DNA from: a virus
Taxonomy: Duplodnaviria > Caudoviricetes
DNA length: 40,148 bases
IMG/VR virus record: IMGVR_UViG_3300016672_000107
Span: 1-40,148 of that record
Strand: one strand, 5' to 3'
In this document: piece by piece, positions 8,470 through 17,663 of the stretch
How positions within the stretch are numbered: the stretch's first letter is position 1
Layout of the letters: each line of letters starts with the position of its first letter
Notes under the pieces: model-generated
Seen by the model: the letters and a program-made list of their open reading frames with translations, nothing else
What the model was told of the DNA's origin: nothing
Database searches by the model: none
Translations under genes and position numbers: made by a program

Positions 8470-9849
8470 ATGAAGAAGTTTGGTTCGATGACGTCGGTCG
8501 CGGCGCTCTCGGCTGGTCGCATGCACGCTCTCGGGGCGCATATGTCGCCGGCCGAGCGTGCGCGCGGGCGGTTCATGCGTGACGGCACGGGTCACGGCGG
8601 GGGCGGCAATCGCACCCCCGAGCAGATCGCGGACGACCTGAAAAAGGCGGTCGATACCGCGCGCGACGAAGCGAAGAAGGCGGCCGAGGAGGCCGTCGGA
8701 GCGGTCAAGAAGCTCGGCGACATTCCGCCCGATCTCAAGGCGACCCTGGACGACTTGGTCACGAAGATGAACGGTTTCGCTACCCAGCAAACCGAATACG
8801 GCCAGGCGCTCGAGGCGCTCAAGAAGTCGGGCGCGTCGGACGAGGAGATCAAGACGCTCGGAAACGCGTTCGTGGAAAGCGACGAGTTCAAGTCGCTTAT
8901 CGGCGAGAAGGGCGGCCGGGGTCGCGCGACCGTCGAGACGAAAGCGACGATCACGCTCGCGACGACGAACGCGGCCGGCTCGGCCGGCGCGCTGGTCGCC
9001 CCGCAGCGGTTGAATACCGTTCTCGAGCTGCCGCAGCGTCGCCTGGTCGTTCGTGACCTGATTACGCCCGGACAGATGGCGGGGAATTCCCTGCAATACG
9101 TCCGGCAGACGGGGTTCACGAATAACGCGGGCGTCGTCGCGGAAGGGACCCGCAAGCCGCAGTCCGATCTCAAGCTCGCCCTGGTCGATACCACGGCGAA
9201 GGTGATCGCGCATTTCATGAAGGCGTCGCGCCAGGTCCTGGACGACGCGCCGCAGCTCCGGTCGCTGATCGACAATAACCTCCTCTACGGCCTCGCTTTC
9301 CGTGAGGAGGCGGAAATCCTGTACGGTGACGGCACGGGCCAGCACCTCCTCGGGATCGTCCCCCAGGCGCAAGCCTTCAACCCGCCCGCCGAGGTCGGCG
9401 ACGCGTCGTCCCCGATCGACCAAATCCGCATGGCAATCCTGCAAGCGGTGATCGCGGAATTCCCGGCGACGGGGATCGTCCTGAACCCGATCGACTGGGC
9501 GCGTATCGAAATGATGCGCGTCGATCGGGACGCGGAGGGCAAGCCGAAGGGGGCCTATCTGATCGGCCAGCCCCAGGGCGACGCGCCGCTCCGTCTGTGG
9601 CGTCTCCCGGTCGTGGAAACCCCGGCCATCACGGCCGGCAAGTTCCTGACCGGCGCTTTCCGTCTCGGCGCGCAACTGTTCGACCGCTGGGTTGCGCGGG
9701 TGCAGCTCTCGACCGAAAACGAGGACGATTTCGTCAACAACCTGGTGACGATCCTCGCGGAGGAGCGGCTGGCGCTGGCGGTCTATCGTCCCGAGGCGTT
9801 CATTTACGGCGATCTCGACTGGACGCTCCTCGACCCGGCGAACCCGTAA
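8470..9849 (+). CDS. Major capsid protein, HK97 fold, with N-terminal delta domain
   Basis: Coiled-coil N-terminus; VAEGTRKPQSD; SRQVLDDAPQL; ILYGDGTG; LNPIDWARI; DDFVNNLVTILAEERLALAVYRPEAF. Confidence 0.97.
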   Translation: MKKFGSMTSVAALSAGRMHALGAHMSPAERARGRFMRDGTGHGGGGNRTPEQIADDLKKAVDTARDEAKKAAEEAVGAVKKLGDIPPDLKATLDDLVTKMNGFATQQTEYGQALEALKKSGASDEEIKTLGNAFVESDEFKSLIGEKGGRGRATVETKATITLATTNAAGSAGALVAPQRLNTVLELPQRRLVVRDLITPGQMAGNSLQYVRQTGFTNNAGVVAEGTRKPQSDLKLALVDTTAKVIAHFMKASRQVLDDAPQLRSLIDNNLLYGLAFREEAEILYGDGTGQHLLGIVPQAQAFNPPAEVGDASSPIDQIRMAILQAVIAEFPATGIVLNPIDWARIEMMRVDRDAEGKPKGAYLIGQPQGDAPLRLWRLPVVETPAITAGKFLTGAFRLGAQLFDRWVARVQLSTENEDDFVNNLVTILAEERLALAVYRPEAFIYGDLDWTLLDPANP

Positions 9850-9909
9850 GGTCGAGCGATCTATCCCCGGCGGTGCATGTCTTTGCGCTCCGCTGCCGGG
9901 AGGTGGGAA

Positions 9910-9944
9910 GGGGGGCCGGGCCGGCTGGTCCGGCCCCCCTTTTT
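9910..9944 (+). terminator. Rho-independent terminator after the capsid gene
   Basis: GGGGGGCCGGGCC-ggct-GGTCCGGCCCCCC followed by TTTTT. Confidence 0.85.
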
Positions 9945-9993
9945 CTTAGGGACCGGCGGCGCGGTGTCGTCGGACAATCGGAGAGACGGAACG

Positions 9994-10512
9994 ATGAAAG
10001 AGCTATCTTTCAAGGTCATGCGCGAAATGACCGGCGACAAGGATTACAAGACGGGCGACAAGCGCGAGCTGTCCGCCCTGGACGCTATCCACCTGGTCCG
10101 CTCGGGCGCGCTCGAGCCGGAAAACGAGGAGGCCCGAAAGGCAATGGCCGAGCTGATGAACGACACGCCCGAGGATCGCGACGGGATCGTCCAGCGCGTC
10201 AAAGAGGACGCGCCGCGCAATAAGGACCAGGGCAACGCCCCGGCGAATAAGGGCGGCCGCAAGGGCGCGAGCGGCAGCAAGGCGGCCGCGAAGCCGGCGG
10301 GCGGGCCTGCCACGGGGACCGGGTCCGGCGACGACGGCCAGGGCGGTGGCGCTGGCGGCGAGGGCGGCACGGGTGGCGAGGGTGGAACCTCGACCGAAAC
10401 CCAGGGCGCGAGCGGCAACGGCACGGACACGACCAACGGCGGCAACGGCTCGACCGGCGCGACGACCGGCGGCGCGACCGGCGCTCCCCCCGTCGCGAAG
10501 AAGCGGCGCTAA
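9994..10512 (+). CDS. Hypothetical head-associated protein with a Gly/Thr-rich low-complexity tail
   Basis: GGAGAG RBS; MKELSFKVMREMTGDKDY; position directly after the capsid gene. Confidence 0.75.
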   Translation: MKELSFKVMREMTGDKDYKTGDKRELSALDAIHLVRSGALEPENEEARKAMAELMNDTPEDRDGIVQRVKEDAPRNKDQGNAPANKGGRKGASGSKAAAKPAGGPATGTGSGDDGQGGGAGGEGGTGGEGGTSTETQGASGNGTDTTNGGNGSTGATTGGATGAPPVAKKRR

Positions 10513-10515
10513 CCC

Positions 10516-11097
10516 GTGGCGCTCGACCTGTCCCGCGAACCGATCACGCTCGAGGAGGCGAAAAAGCATCTCGGCGTGCGGACCGATTTCCGGGACGCGG
10601 AGATCGCGGGCCTGATCGTCGCCGCGCGCGAGCGGGTGGAGGGATACACGGGTCGGGCGCTCTACCGGCGCGAGGTCGTCCAGGTCCTGGACGCCTTCGC
10701 GCCGGACGGCGGCCCGATCGTGTGCGAGCTGGGGCCGGTCCATAAGGTCGTCGGCGTCCGCTACGTCGCGCCCGGCGGCCTGGTGGACCTGGACGACGCG
10801 TTCGCCCCGGTCGGGCCGATCGGCAACCGCTGGCACATCTACGCGGGCGGGAGCTGGCCTGTCCTCCCCGCCCGGAGCGTCGCCGAGGTCCGCTATATCG
10901 CGGGGTTCGGTCCGCTCGAGGAGGGCGGGGAGGGCGAGGTCGCCCCTATCCCGCAGATGCTGGTCCGGGCTATGCTGTTGCTGGTCGGGACCTGGTTTGA
11001 AAATCACGAGGGGGCGGTCGTGGGGACGTCGGTCATAGAGCTGCCGTTCGGGGTTCGCGACCTATGCCGGGATTTCCGCCCGTCCGGCGTGGCGTAA
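10516..11097 (+). CDS. Head-tail connector (HK97 gp6-like)
   Basis: EPITLEEAKKHL; IVAARERVEGYTGRAL; PQMLVRAMLLLVGTWFENHE. Confidence 0.9.
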   Translation: MALDLSREPITLEEAKKHLGVRTDFRDAEIAGLIVAARERVEGYTGRALYRREVVQVLDAFAPDGGPIVCELGPVHKVVGVRYVAPGGLVDLDDAFAPVGPIGNRWHIYAGGSWPVLPARSVAEVRYIAGFGPLEEGGEGEVAPIPQMLVRAMLLLVGTWFENHEGAVVGTSVIELPFGVRDLCRDFRPSGVA

Positions 11098-11110
11098 GAA
11101 AGGAAAGACG

Positions 11111-11371
11111 ATGACGGAGACGACGAAGTTCGACCGCAAGGCCCAGCAGCTCCGGGCGCGCGTGCAGTTCGTGCGCGGCTCGATCCGCAAGGGCAAGGGC
11201 GGCAAGCTGACGGACGCGGAAGCGGACACGATGACGGACGACCAGGTCGCCGACGAAATCACGCTCGGCAATCTCGAGGCGATCGACCGTGAGGCCGAGG
11301 CCCCGGCGGCCGAGGGCGACGCGGCCGGCGCTGGCGATCCCCCCGCCACGAACAAGCGGCAGGGCAAGTAA
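11111..11371 (+). CDS. Hypothetical protein
   Basis: AAAGGA RBS; fills the gap between neck genes; TAATG overlap. Confidence 0.65.
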   Translation: MTETTKFDRKAQQLRARVQFVRGSIRKGKGGKLTDAEADTMTDDQVADEITLGNLEAIDREAEAPAAEGDAAGAGDPPATNKRQGK

Positions 11372-11739
11372 TGCGTAGCGGCGGCCTGGACTGCGAGATC
11401 ACGTTCGTTCGCCCTGGCGCGCCCGCGCGCGAGGGTCGATCGCGTGTCCCTGGCGCGGACGTCACGGTCGCCGGAAAGGTCCCCTGTCGCGTGTTCGCGG
11501 GGCAGGGGACCGAGCGTTTCGCGAACGACCAGAATTCGGCGAGCGCGCCGATCGTGATCTATGCGCGCCGCGAACCCGATATCGACACGCTGGACGCGGG
11601 GGATAGCGCGATCATGCTCGAGACGGGCAAGCGATACGCGATCACGTCCGTTCGCCCCTATAGCGGCGATCCCCGGACCGGCGGCGGCGATCCGCGCCGG
11701 GATATGGAAATCCTGGCGGTCGCCAGTGGCGCTGCCTGA
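11371..11739 (+). CDS. Head closure / head-tail adaptor (SPP1 gp16-like)
   Basis: MRSGGLDCEITF; GTERF; RYAITSV; synteny. Confidence 0.75.
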   Translation: MRSGGLDCEITFVRPGAPAREGRSRVPGADVTVAGKVPCRVFAGQGTERFANDQNSASAPIVIYARREPDIDTLDAGDSAIMLETGKRYAITSVRPYSGDPRTGGGDPRRDMEILAVASGAA

Positions 11740-12208
11740 TACCGGCTCCGTCGAGCTGTCCGGCTTTCGCGAGCTGGACGAAACCTTTTACGAGCTGGGA
11801 AAGACGCTCGGGAAAGGGGTCCTCCGTCGCGTCGGGACGAAGGCCCTCGAGCCGATGGCCGAGCGCGCCCGCGCCGCTGTCGCGGTCCGCAAGGGGTTCC
11901 TGCAGCGATCGATCCACGTCGGGACCCGGCTCGCCCGATCGCAACGCCAGCGCGTCCGGCGCGAAGGCTCGACGTTCCGCCTCGACGCCTCGGACGACGT
12001 GTCGGTCTATATGGGGCCTGGACAGGACCCGGCGGCGATTACGGAGGAGTTCGGGAAATACAACCAGGCCCCCGCCCCGTTCATGCGCCCGGCGTTCGAC
12101 GCGGAGGCCGAGCCGACGATCCGGCGCGTCGCGGACGGCCTCTGGCCCGAGATCGAAAAGACGGCCGCTAGGCGCGCCCGTAAGCTCGCGCGGCAAGCCG
12201 GGGGCTAG
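11726..12208 (+). CDS. HK97 gp10-like tail completion protein
   Basis: VELSGFREL; GFLQRSI; EEFG...APAPFMRPAFD. Confidence 0.85.
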   Translation: MALPDTGSVELSGFRELDETFYELGKTLGKGVLRRVGTKALEPMAERARAAVAVRKGFLQRSIHVGTRLARSQRQRVRREGSTFRLDASDDVSVYMGPGQDPAAITEEFGKYNQAPAPFMRPAFDAEAEPTIRRVADGLWPEIEKTAARRARKLARQAGG

Positions 12209-12235
12209 TGCGTATGCCGCGATCCCTTCACTCAA

Positions 12236-12252
12236 AAGCATGGAACACGCTT
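12236..12252. promoter_or_regulatory. Palindromic site AAGCRTG-N3-CACGCTT, copy 1
   Basis: AAGCATGGAACACGCTT directly before ATG 12254. Confidence 0.6.
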
Positions 12253-12253
12253 T

Positions 12254-12661
12254 ATGCCTGACGTTGGCGCGGCTATCGTCGCACGTCTCGAGGCGGATCA
12301 CGCCTGGACGAAGCTTATGGGGGAGCGGCTGGATTGGGGCGCTTCGCTGCCCGACACGGCCTATCCTCGCGCGGTGGCGAATTGGATCACGCGCGACCGG
12401 CCCGACCATTACACGGGTTCGGACATGCAATTCTCGCGGCTGCAGCTCGACGTCTATTCGGCCGTCTCGAGCGGCGAGGCGGCGGAAATCGCGGAGATCG
12501 CGATCGGGGTCCTCCAACCGGAGGACGTCGCCGAGGGCGTTCGGTTCGAGCGCGCGGTGGAGGTGTCCGGCCCTACCGATGGCGGCGAGCAAACGGACAC
12601 GCTATACGCTTACCGCGCGCGGACGGAATTCGCGTGGCTTCATACCGACGAAGGGGTTTGA
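12254..12661 (+). CDS. Tail terminator (DUF3168-like)
   Basis: AYPRAV; SRLQLDVYS; synteny before the major tail protein. Confidence 0.8.
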   Translation: MPDVGAAIVARLEADHAWTKLMGERLDWGASLPDTAYPRAVANWITRDRPDHYTGSDMQFSRLQLDVYSAVSSGEAAEIAEIAIGVLQPEDVAEGVRFERAVEVSGPTDGGEQTDTLYAYRARTEFAWLHTDEGV

Positions 12662-12663
12662 AA

Positions 12664-13128
12664 ATGGCAGTAGCACCTAGCAAGGCGCGGACGGGTTTCG
12701 GGTCGAAATTCGCCTGTGCGGCCTCGGCGGCGGCGTTGACCGCTGGCGGGGCGGGAGTGGATTGGGCCGAGGTTACGGCCCTCACGCCTCCGTCCGATAC
12801 GGCGGATACGGAGGAGGTCACGCACATGGAAAGTGCGGACGGCCGTCGCGAGTGGATCAAGACGCTTATCGATAGCGGCGAGGCCGATATCGAGTGCAAC
12901 CTGGTCGCCGGCTCCCCGACCGATCTCGCGATGCAGGCGGCGATGCTGTCGCCGGACGCCTACTACTACAAGATGGCGATCCCGGCGGCCGAGCGCGGCA
13001 AGTTTTGGGTGATTACCGGGCTTTGCCTGGTCACGGGGTACAACCGCGGAACCCCGATCGCGGGCAAGATGACCGGGACGGCCCGTCTCAAGTTCACCGG
13101 GACCCGTACCGAGGCGGCGTCCGCATGA
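12664..13128 (+). CDS. Major tail tube protein
   Basis: EVTALTPP..TADTEEVTHMES.DGRREWI..LIDSGE; KMTGTARLKFTG. Confidence 0.9.
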   Translation: MAVAPSKARTGFGSKFACAASAAALTAGGAGVDWAEVTALTPPSDTADTEEVTHMESADGRREWIKTLIDSGEADIECNLVAGSPTDLAMQAAMLSPDAYYYKMAIPAAERGKFWVITGLCLVTGYNRGTPIAGKMTGTARLKFTGTRTEAASA

Positions 13129-13907
13129 CGGCCGCCCCGGAGAAAGAAGGCCGCAAGGTCTTTGTGGCGATCGACGGCTCCGACGCGGAGGTCCGGTTCA
13201 CGACGAACGGCCTTTGCGAGGTGGAGGGGGCGTTCGGCGGGCAATCGCTCGAGCGGATCGGCGAGGCCATGCGCGGCGGTCGCGCCGGGTTCTCGATCGT
13301 TCGGACGCTGTTCCGCGCGCTCCTCCTCCACGATCGGCCCGACCTGTCGGAGGTTCAAGCCGGCCGGCTTATCGAGGAGATCGGGACGGAGGAGGTCGCC
13401 CGCGTGATCCAGGCGGCGTTCGACGCCTGGAAGGCGGGGCTTGCTGGCAAGCTCGACGTTCCCGAGCTGGACGCGCGCGGCCGGCTGGCGTTCGAGGCTG
13501 GCGGCGTTCGCTACGTCCTGGCGTTCGGGTTCAACGCGATGGCGGAAATCGAGCCGGTGTTCCCCGGCCTGTCGATGCCCGAGATCGCGGCCGAGCTGGT
13601 CGGCGGCGGCGTGTCCGTGATCCGGCTCCGCGCGATGTTCCGCGCCGCGCTGATCGACCATCGCGAGACGTCACTGTTCGAGGCCGGCGATCTCATGGAC
13701 CGGATCGGCGTCGCGACCGTGACGGACGCGGTCGGGAAAGCGTTCGTCGGAGCGTTCCCCAAGGTCCCCGCGAATGATGGGGACCGGGGGGAAGGCGAGG
13801 GGGAGCCGGAACCCGAGGGCAACCGCGCGACGCGGAGGGCGGCGGCGGCAGGCAAGGGAAACCCTACCCGGCCGCGACGGCCGAGGGGTGGGACTGGCAA
13901 GCCCTAG
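13125..13907 (+). CDS. Tail assembly chaperone (gpG-like) with tandem duplicated domain
   Basis: Between tail tube and tape measure; two repeats of F.FNA..E.E...R.LFRA.L...AG.L...IG...V..AF. Confidence 0.85.
   Translation: MTAAPEKEGRKVFVAIDGSDAEVRFTTNGLCEVEGAFGGQSLERIGEAMRGGRAGFSIVRTLFRALLLHDRPDLSEVQAGRLIEEIGTEEVARVIQAAFDAWKAGLAGKLDVPELDARGRLAFEAGGVRYVLAFGFNAMAEIEPVFPGLSMPEIAAELVGGGVSVIRLRAMFRAALIDHRETSLFEAGDLMDRIGVATVTDAVGKAFVGAFPKVPANDGDRGEGEGEPEPEGNRATRRAAAAGKGNPTRPRRPRGGTGKP
13856..13862 (+). other. Programmed -1 ribosomal frameshift site G GGA AAC
   Basis: X XXY YYZ in the gpG frame; the -1 frame is open to 14212. Confidence 0.85.
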
Positions 13908-14212
13908 AGGCGCTGTGGATCGCGGAGGGCCTCGAGCCGGACCTGTTCTGGCGCGTGACCCCCCTCCGCTTCGCGGTCATCATGGACGGGCGTCGTATGG
14001 CTGCGGAAGCGGCCGACGACGCCCGCGTCTCCCTTGCCTGGTATGGCGAGGCGTTCGCCCGGATGCGCCGCCTACCCGGCCTGGATACTATCCTCCGGGG
14101 CGGTCGCTCATTGGAACCTCAAACCCCCGCTGATATGCTGGCCGTGATGCAGTCGATCCAAGCGGCCGGCGGGGACGTGTCAATCGAGCTGCTGGACGAA
14201 AAGGACCTGTAA
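13859..14212 (+). CDS. gpT portion of the gpGT frameshift chaperone
   Basis: KPYPAATAEGWDWQALEALWIAEGLEPDLFWRVTPLRF... with the typical FW..TP motif. Confidence 0.8.
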   Translation, partial: KPYPAATAEGWDWQALEALWIAEGLEPDLFWRVTPLRFAVIMDGRRMAAEAADDARVSLAWYGEAFARMRRLPGLDTILRGGRSLEPQTPADMLAVMQSIQAAGGDVSIELLDEKDL

Positions 14213-14214
14213 CT

Positions 14215-17019
14215 ATGCCCTCGGCCGTCATTGGCGCGCTTCGCGTCGATCTAAATCTCGGGACGGCCGGTTGGAAAAAGGGCCTCGCCGACGCGCAAGC
14301 CGACGCCCAGGGCGCGGCCGCCAAGTTCAAGTCCGTGGGCGGGACTATCACGTCGATCGGCGCGGGCCTGACTGCCGGGATCACGGCCCCGCTTGTCGGG
14401 ATCGGCGCGGCCGCGATCAAGACGGCGGCGAATTACGAAGCCGCGATGATAAAGGTTAAGATCGCGACGCAGGCCACGTCCGATCAAATGAAGTCGATGA
14501 ACGACCTGGCGCTCGAGCTGGGTAAATCAACGGTGTTCTCCGCGTCCGAAGCGGCCGGCGCTATGGAGGAGCTGGCGAAAAACGGCGTTTCCGTCGAGAA
14601 TATCCTGGGCGGCGCGGCTAAGGCGGCGGTGGACCTGGCGGCCGCGACGGGGTCGGAGCTTGCCCCGGCGGCCGTCGCGGTGTCCGACGCCATGAACCAG
14701 TTCCACCTATCGGCTAAGGACCTGCCGAACCTGGTCAATCAGGTGACGGGGGCGGTCAACGAGTCCAAGCTGGACTTTGCGGATTTCCAGCTCGCGATGG
14801 CGCAAGCCGGCGGCGTCGCTGGCGCGGTGGGCGTGTCGTTCAAGGATTTCAATTCGGTTATCGCCGGAACGTCGTCGCTATTCGCGAGCGGCTCGGACGC
14901 TGGCACGTCGTTTAAGACGTTTCTTACGTCGCTCAACCCGACGTCCAAGGCGGCGGCGGCGATGATCGAAAAGTACGGCCTGTCGTTCTATGACGCGGCC
15001 GGCCGGCTGCGCCCGATGGCGGATATCGCCGAGCAGCTCCGTCAAAAGCTCGGCGGCCTCTCCGACCAGGCGAAGTCCGACGCCCTCAAGACGATATTCG
15101 GTCAAGAAGCGATGCGGACGGCGGTCGGGCTTATGCAGCTCGGGTCTAAGGGCCTGGACGATATCGCGGCGAAGATCGCAAAGACGGACGCGGCGGCGCA
15201 ATCGGCCGAGCGGATGAAGGGCCTTAACGGCCAGCTCGAGCAGCTCGGCGGCACGCTGGAAACGCTGGCGATCCAAATCGGGCAGACGGGCCTCCTCTCG
15301 ACCGTGACGACCGTTGTCGTCGGCATAACGGATATGCTCGACAAGCTGACGGAGTTTTCCCCGGCGGCGGCCCAGGTCGCGGTTGCGGGTGCGGCTATCG
15401 CGGCGGCGATCGGGCCTATCATGCTGGTCCTCGGCCCGATTATCTCCGGGATCGGCTCGGCTATCACGCTGTTTTCCGGCTGGTCGGCGGCGCTTGGCAC
15501 GGCCTCGGCGGCGGCGGGCGGGCTGATCCCGCTCCTCGCCCCCTTCGCGCCCATCATCCTCGGCGTCGCGGCGGCGGCGGCGGCTGTCTATGCGGCGTGG
15601 CAAAATTGGGACACGATCGCGCCGATATTACAGGGCCTGGCGGACACGTTTAACACGACGCTCGGCCCGCCCCTCCTCGCGATCCTGTCGGCGGTGTGGG
15701 ACGCGGTGAAGGCGCTCGGCGTCGGTCTGTTCGACCTGGCGAAGGGGGCGGCTAACGCCCTCGGCCCGGCGTTCCTCGGCCTGTTTCAAGCGGCCGGGTC
15801 CCTTATCAAGGGCGCGATGGAATTCATCGGACACGCCCTGTCGGCGGTGATCGCGCTCCTATCCGGCGATTTCGCGGGAGCCTGGTCGCATGCGAAAGAG
15901 GCCGTCTCGGGCTATGTGAACGGGATCATTGGCGCGGCGCAGGCCCTATCGGCCGGCGTGCTGTCCTCGATCGGCCGACTTGTCTCCGGGGTGTGGGACG
16001 CGCTGGTCAACCAGCTCGGCGGCGCGTGGGACGCCCTGAAAAAGCGGATCGCGGACGCCAAGCAGGACTTCTTCAACCTGTACGACGCGGTCGTTGGTCA
16101 CTCCTATATCCCCGATATGGTGGACGGGATCGCGCAGCACATGGCGCGCCTGGACGACGTGATGACGAAACCCGTCAAGGGCGCGACCGGCAAGGCAAAG
16201 GACGCGTTCAAGCAACTGCGCGACGATCTCGCCCCGATCCTTAATGAGCTGTTCCCGGAAAGCCGCGCCCTGGTCGATCTACAGCGCAAGCTGGCGGTGA
16301 TCGACCGCGCCGAAAAGGCGGGGACCGGCAAGGGCGGCCTGTCGGCGGACCAGGCCGCCGAGGCCCGGACCCGGCTCTATCTCGGGCCGGATTATCAAGC
16401 GAAGCGGGACGAACAGACGCGAGCGACGCTCGAGGAGTGGGGGAATATTGATCTCGCCCCGATCGGCGACGGTCTAAAGGATTTGAAACTGACGCTCCCC
16501 GACCTGTCCAAGGTCGCCCAGGACACAACCGCGAAAACGGTCGAGGCGTTCGCCGGGATGGCGCGCGACGTCCTCGGGTCCCTGCGAGGGATGGTGTCGG
16601 CTTTCAAGGGCGGCGATATCCTCGGGGGGATCACGGGCCTATTCGACATAATCTCGCAAGTCTCCGGCCTGATCGGCGGGAACAAGACGGCACGTCAGGC
16701 CGTGACCATCACGGGCGGGACCCCGTCTTACGGTGGCGCTCGCGCGCTCGGAGGTCCGGTAGTGCCTGGCAAGCGATATAAGGTCGGCGAACGCGGCCCG
16801 GAATGGCTCGAGGTCGGCGCGCCGGGACGCGTGATCCCGGACGCGAACGCAGGGCGCAACGGAGGCAACGTGTATTATTTCAACGGCGTGATGACGTCGG
16901 ACCAGTTCTGGCAAGAGATCGAACGACGCGATAGCGACGCGTCGCTCCGGGGGGCGCACGGCGGCGCGCAGCTCGCGATGGAACGGGCGGCCGCACGTCA
17001 ACAGCGGAGGCTTGCGTAA
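14215..17019 (+). CDS. Tape measure protein (934 aa)
   Basis: IGALRVDL; TVFSASEAAGAMEELAKNG; GSDAGTSFKT; Ala/Gly-rich; VVGHSYIPDMV; RALGGPV...VGERGPE. Confidence 0.95.
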   Translation: MPSAVIGALRVDLNLGTAGWKKGLADAQADAQGAAAKFKSVGGTITSIGAGLTAGITAPLVGIGAAAIKTAANYEAAMIKVKIATQATSDQMKSMNDLALELGKSTVFSASEAAGAMEELAKNGVSVENILGGAAKAAVDLAAATGSELAPAAVAVSDAMNQFHLSAKDLPNLVNQVTGAVNESKLDFADFQLAMAQAGGVAGAVGVSFKDFNSVIAGTSSLFASGSDAGTSFKTFLTSLNPTSKAAAAMIEKYGLSFYDAAGRLRPMADIAEQLRQKLGGLSDQAKSDALKTIFGQEAMRTAVGLMQLGSKGLDDIAAKIAKTDAAAQSAERMKGLNGQLEQLGGTLETLAIQIGQTGLLSTVTTVVVGITDMLDKLTEFSPAAAQVAVAGAAIAAAIGPIMLVLGPIISGIGSAITLFSGWSAALGTASAAAGGLIPLLAPFAPIILGVAAAAAAVYAAWQNWDTIAPILQGLADTFNTTLGPPLLAILSAVWDAVKALGVGLFDLAKGAANALGPAFLGLFQAAGSLIKGAMEFIGHALSAVIALLSGDFAGAWSHAKEAVSGYVNGIIGAAQALSAGVLSSIGRLVSGVWDALVNQLGGAWDALKKRIADAKQDFFNLYDAVVGHSYIPDMVDGIAQHMARLDDVMTKPVKGATGKAKDAFKQLRDDLAPILNELFPESRALVDLQRKLAVIDRAEKAGTGKGGLSADQAAEARTRLYLGPDYQAKRDEQTRATLEEWGNIDLAPIGDGLKDLKLTLPDLSKVAQDTTAKTVEAFAGMARDVLGSLRGMVSAFKGGDILGGITGLFDIISQVSGLIGGNKTARQAVTITGGTPSYGGARALGGPVVPGKRYKVGERGPEWLEVGAPGRVIPDANAGRNGGNVYYFNGVMTSDQFWQEIERRDSDASLRGAHGGAQLAMERAAARQQRRLA

Positions 17020-17663
17020 TGTCGTCTGTCATTCTCCCGACCTGGCCCGCGCCCTCCCAGGCCGAGCCGACTTATCTCGATTTCGGGACGACGCTCGACG
17101 GCGGCCCACACGGCGGCGGCCCGCGCATTCACCGGCTCGGGAACCGCTTTTCGCTCGCTGTAACAATGCCGCGCTCAAAAATGGAGCCGGGACGGCAATA
17201 TTCGGGAATGAAAAACGGCGTCGGCGCGCGCGTTTTTCTCTCGCGTTTGCGACAAGGCATGGACAGGGGCGTCATTTTTCCGTGGCCGCAGCCTGGTCTT
17301 GCGATCGGCGCTCCGGGCGATCCGACGGTAGCGGCCGCCATCGGCCCGAACCTCGAGGAGATCGTGGTTCAAAACCTCACGCCTGGTTACGTGTTTCGCG
17401 AGGGGCAGTTTTTCAATCTCTATCGGGCGGACGGCCGCGCGATGCTGGCACATACGACGGAGGAGGTCGAGGCTGGCCTGGACGGCCGCGCTACGCTCCC
17501 AATCCTCCCCCGGACGCGCGCGTCGATTGCGCTCGGCTCCCGCGTCAACATGGAGCCGGTTATCGAGGGCCGCTTATCGGGCGATAGTCAAAGCTGGACG
17601 ATATCGACAGCTCTCACGACCGGGATCACGTTCACGGTTACGGAATATGGGAACAACGAATGA
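17019..17663 (+). CDS. Distal tail (Dit-like) protein
   Basis: Immediately after the tape measure; RLGNRF; synteny. Confidence 0.65.
   Translation: MSSVILPTWPAPSQAEPTYLDFGTTLDGGPHGGGPRIHRLGNRFSLAVTMPRSKMEPGRQYSGMKNGVGARVFLSRLRQGMDRGVIFPWPQPGLAIGAPGDPTVAAAIGPNLEEIVVQNLTPGYVFREGQFFNLYRADGRAMLAHTTEEVEAGLDGRATLPILPRTRASIALGSRVNMEPVIEGRLSGDSQSWTISTALTTGITFTVTEYGNNE

Noticed and set aside
8452-9675. Long antisense or alternate-frame ORFs (e.g. 750-1790, 3845-4912, 8452-9675, 32304-33581, 35016-36032)
   Set aside because: Arg/Pro/Gly-rich shadows of real genes, expected in high-GC DNA; no motifs
10260-10500. Collagen-like or DNA tandem repeat
   Set aside because: Low-complexity Gly/Thr/Ala coding sequence without G-X-Y periodicity or exact DNA repeats
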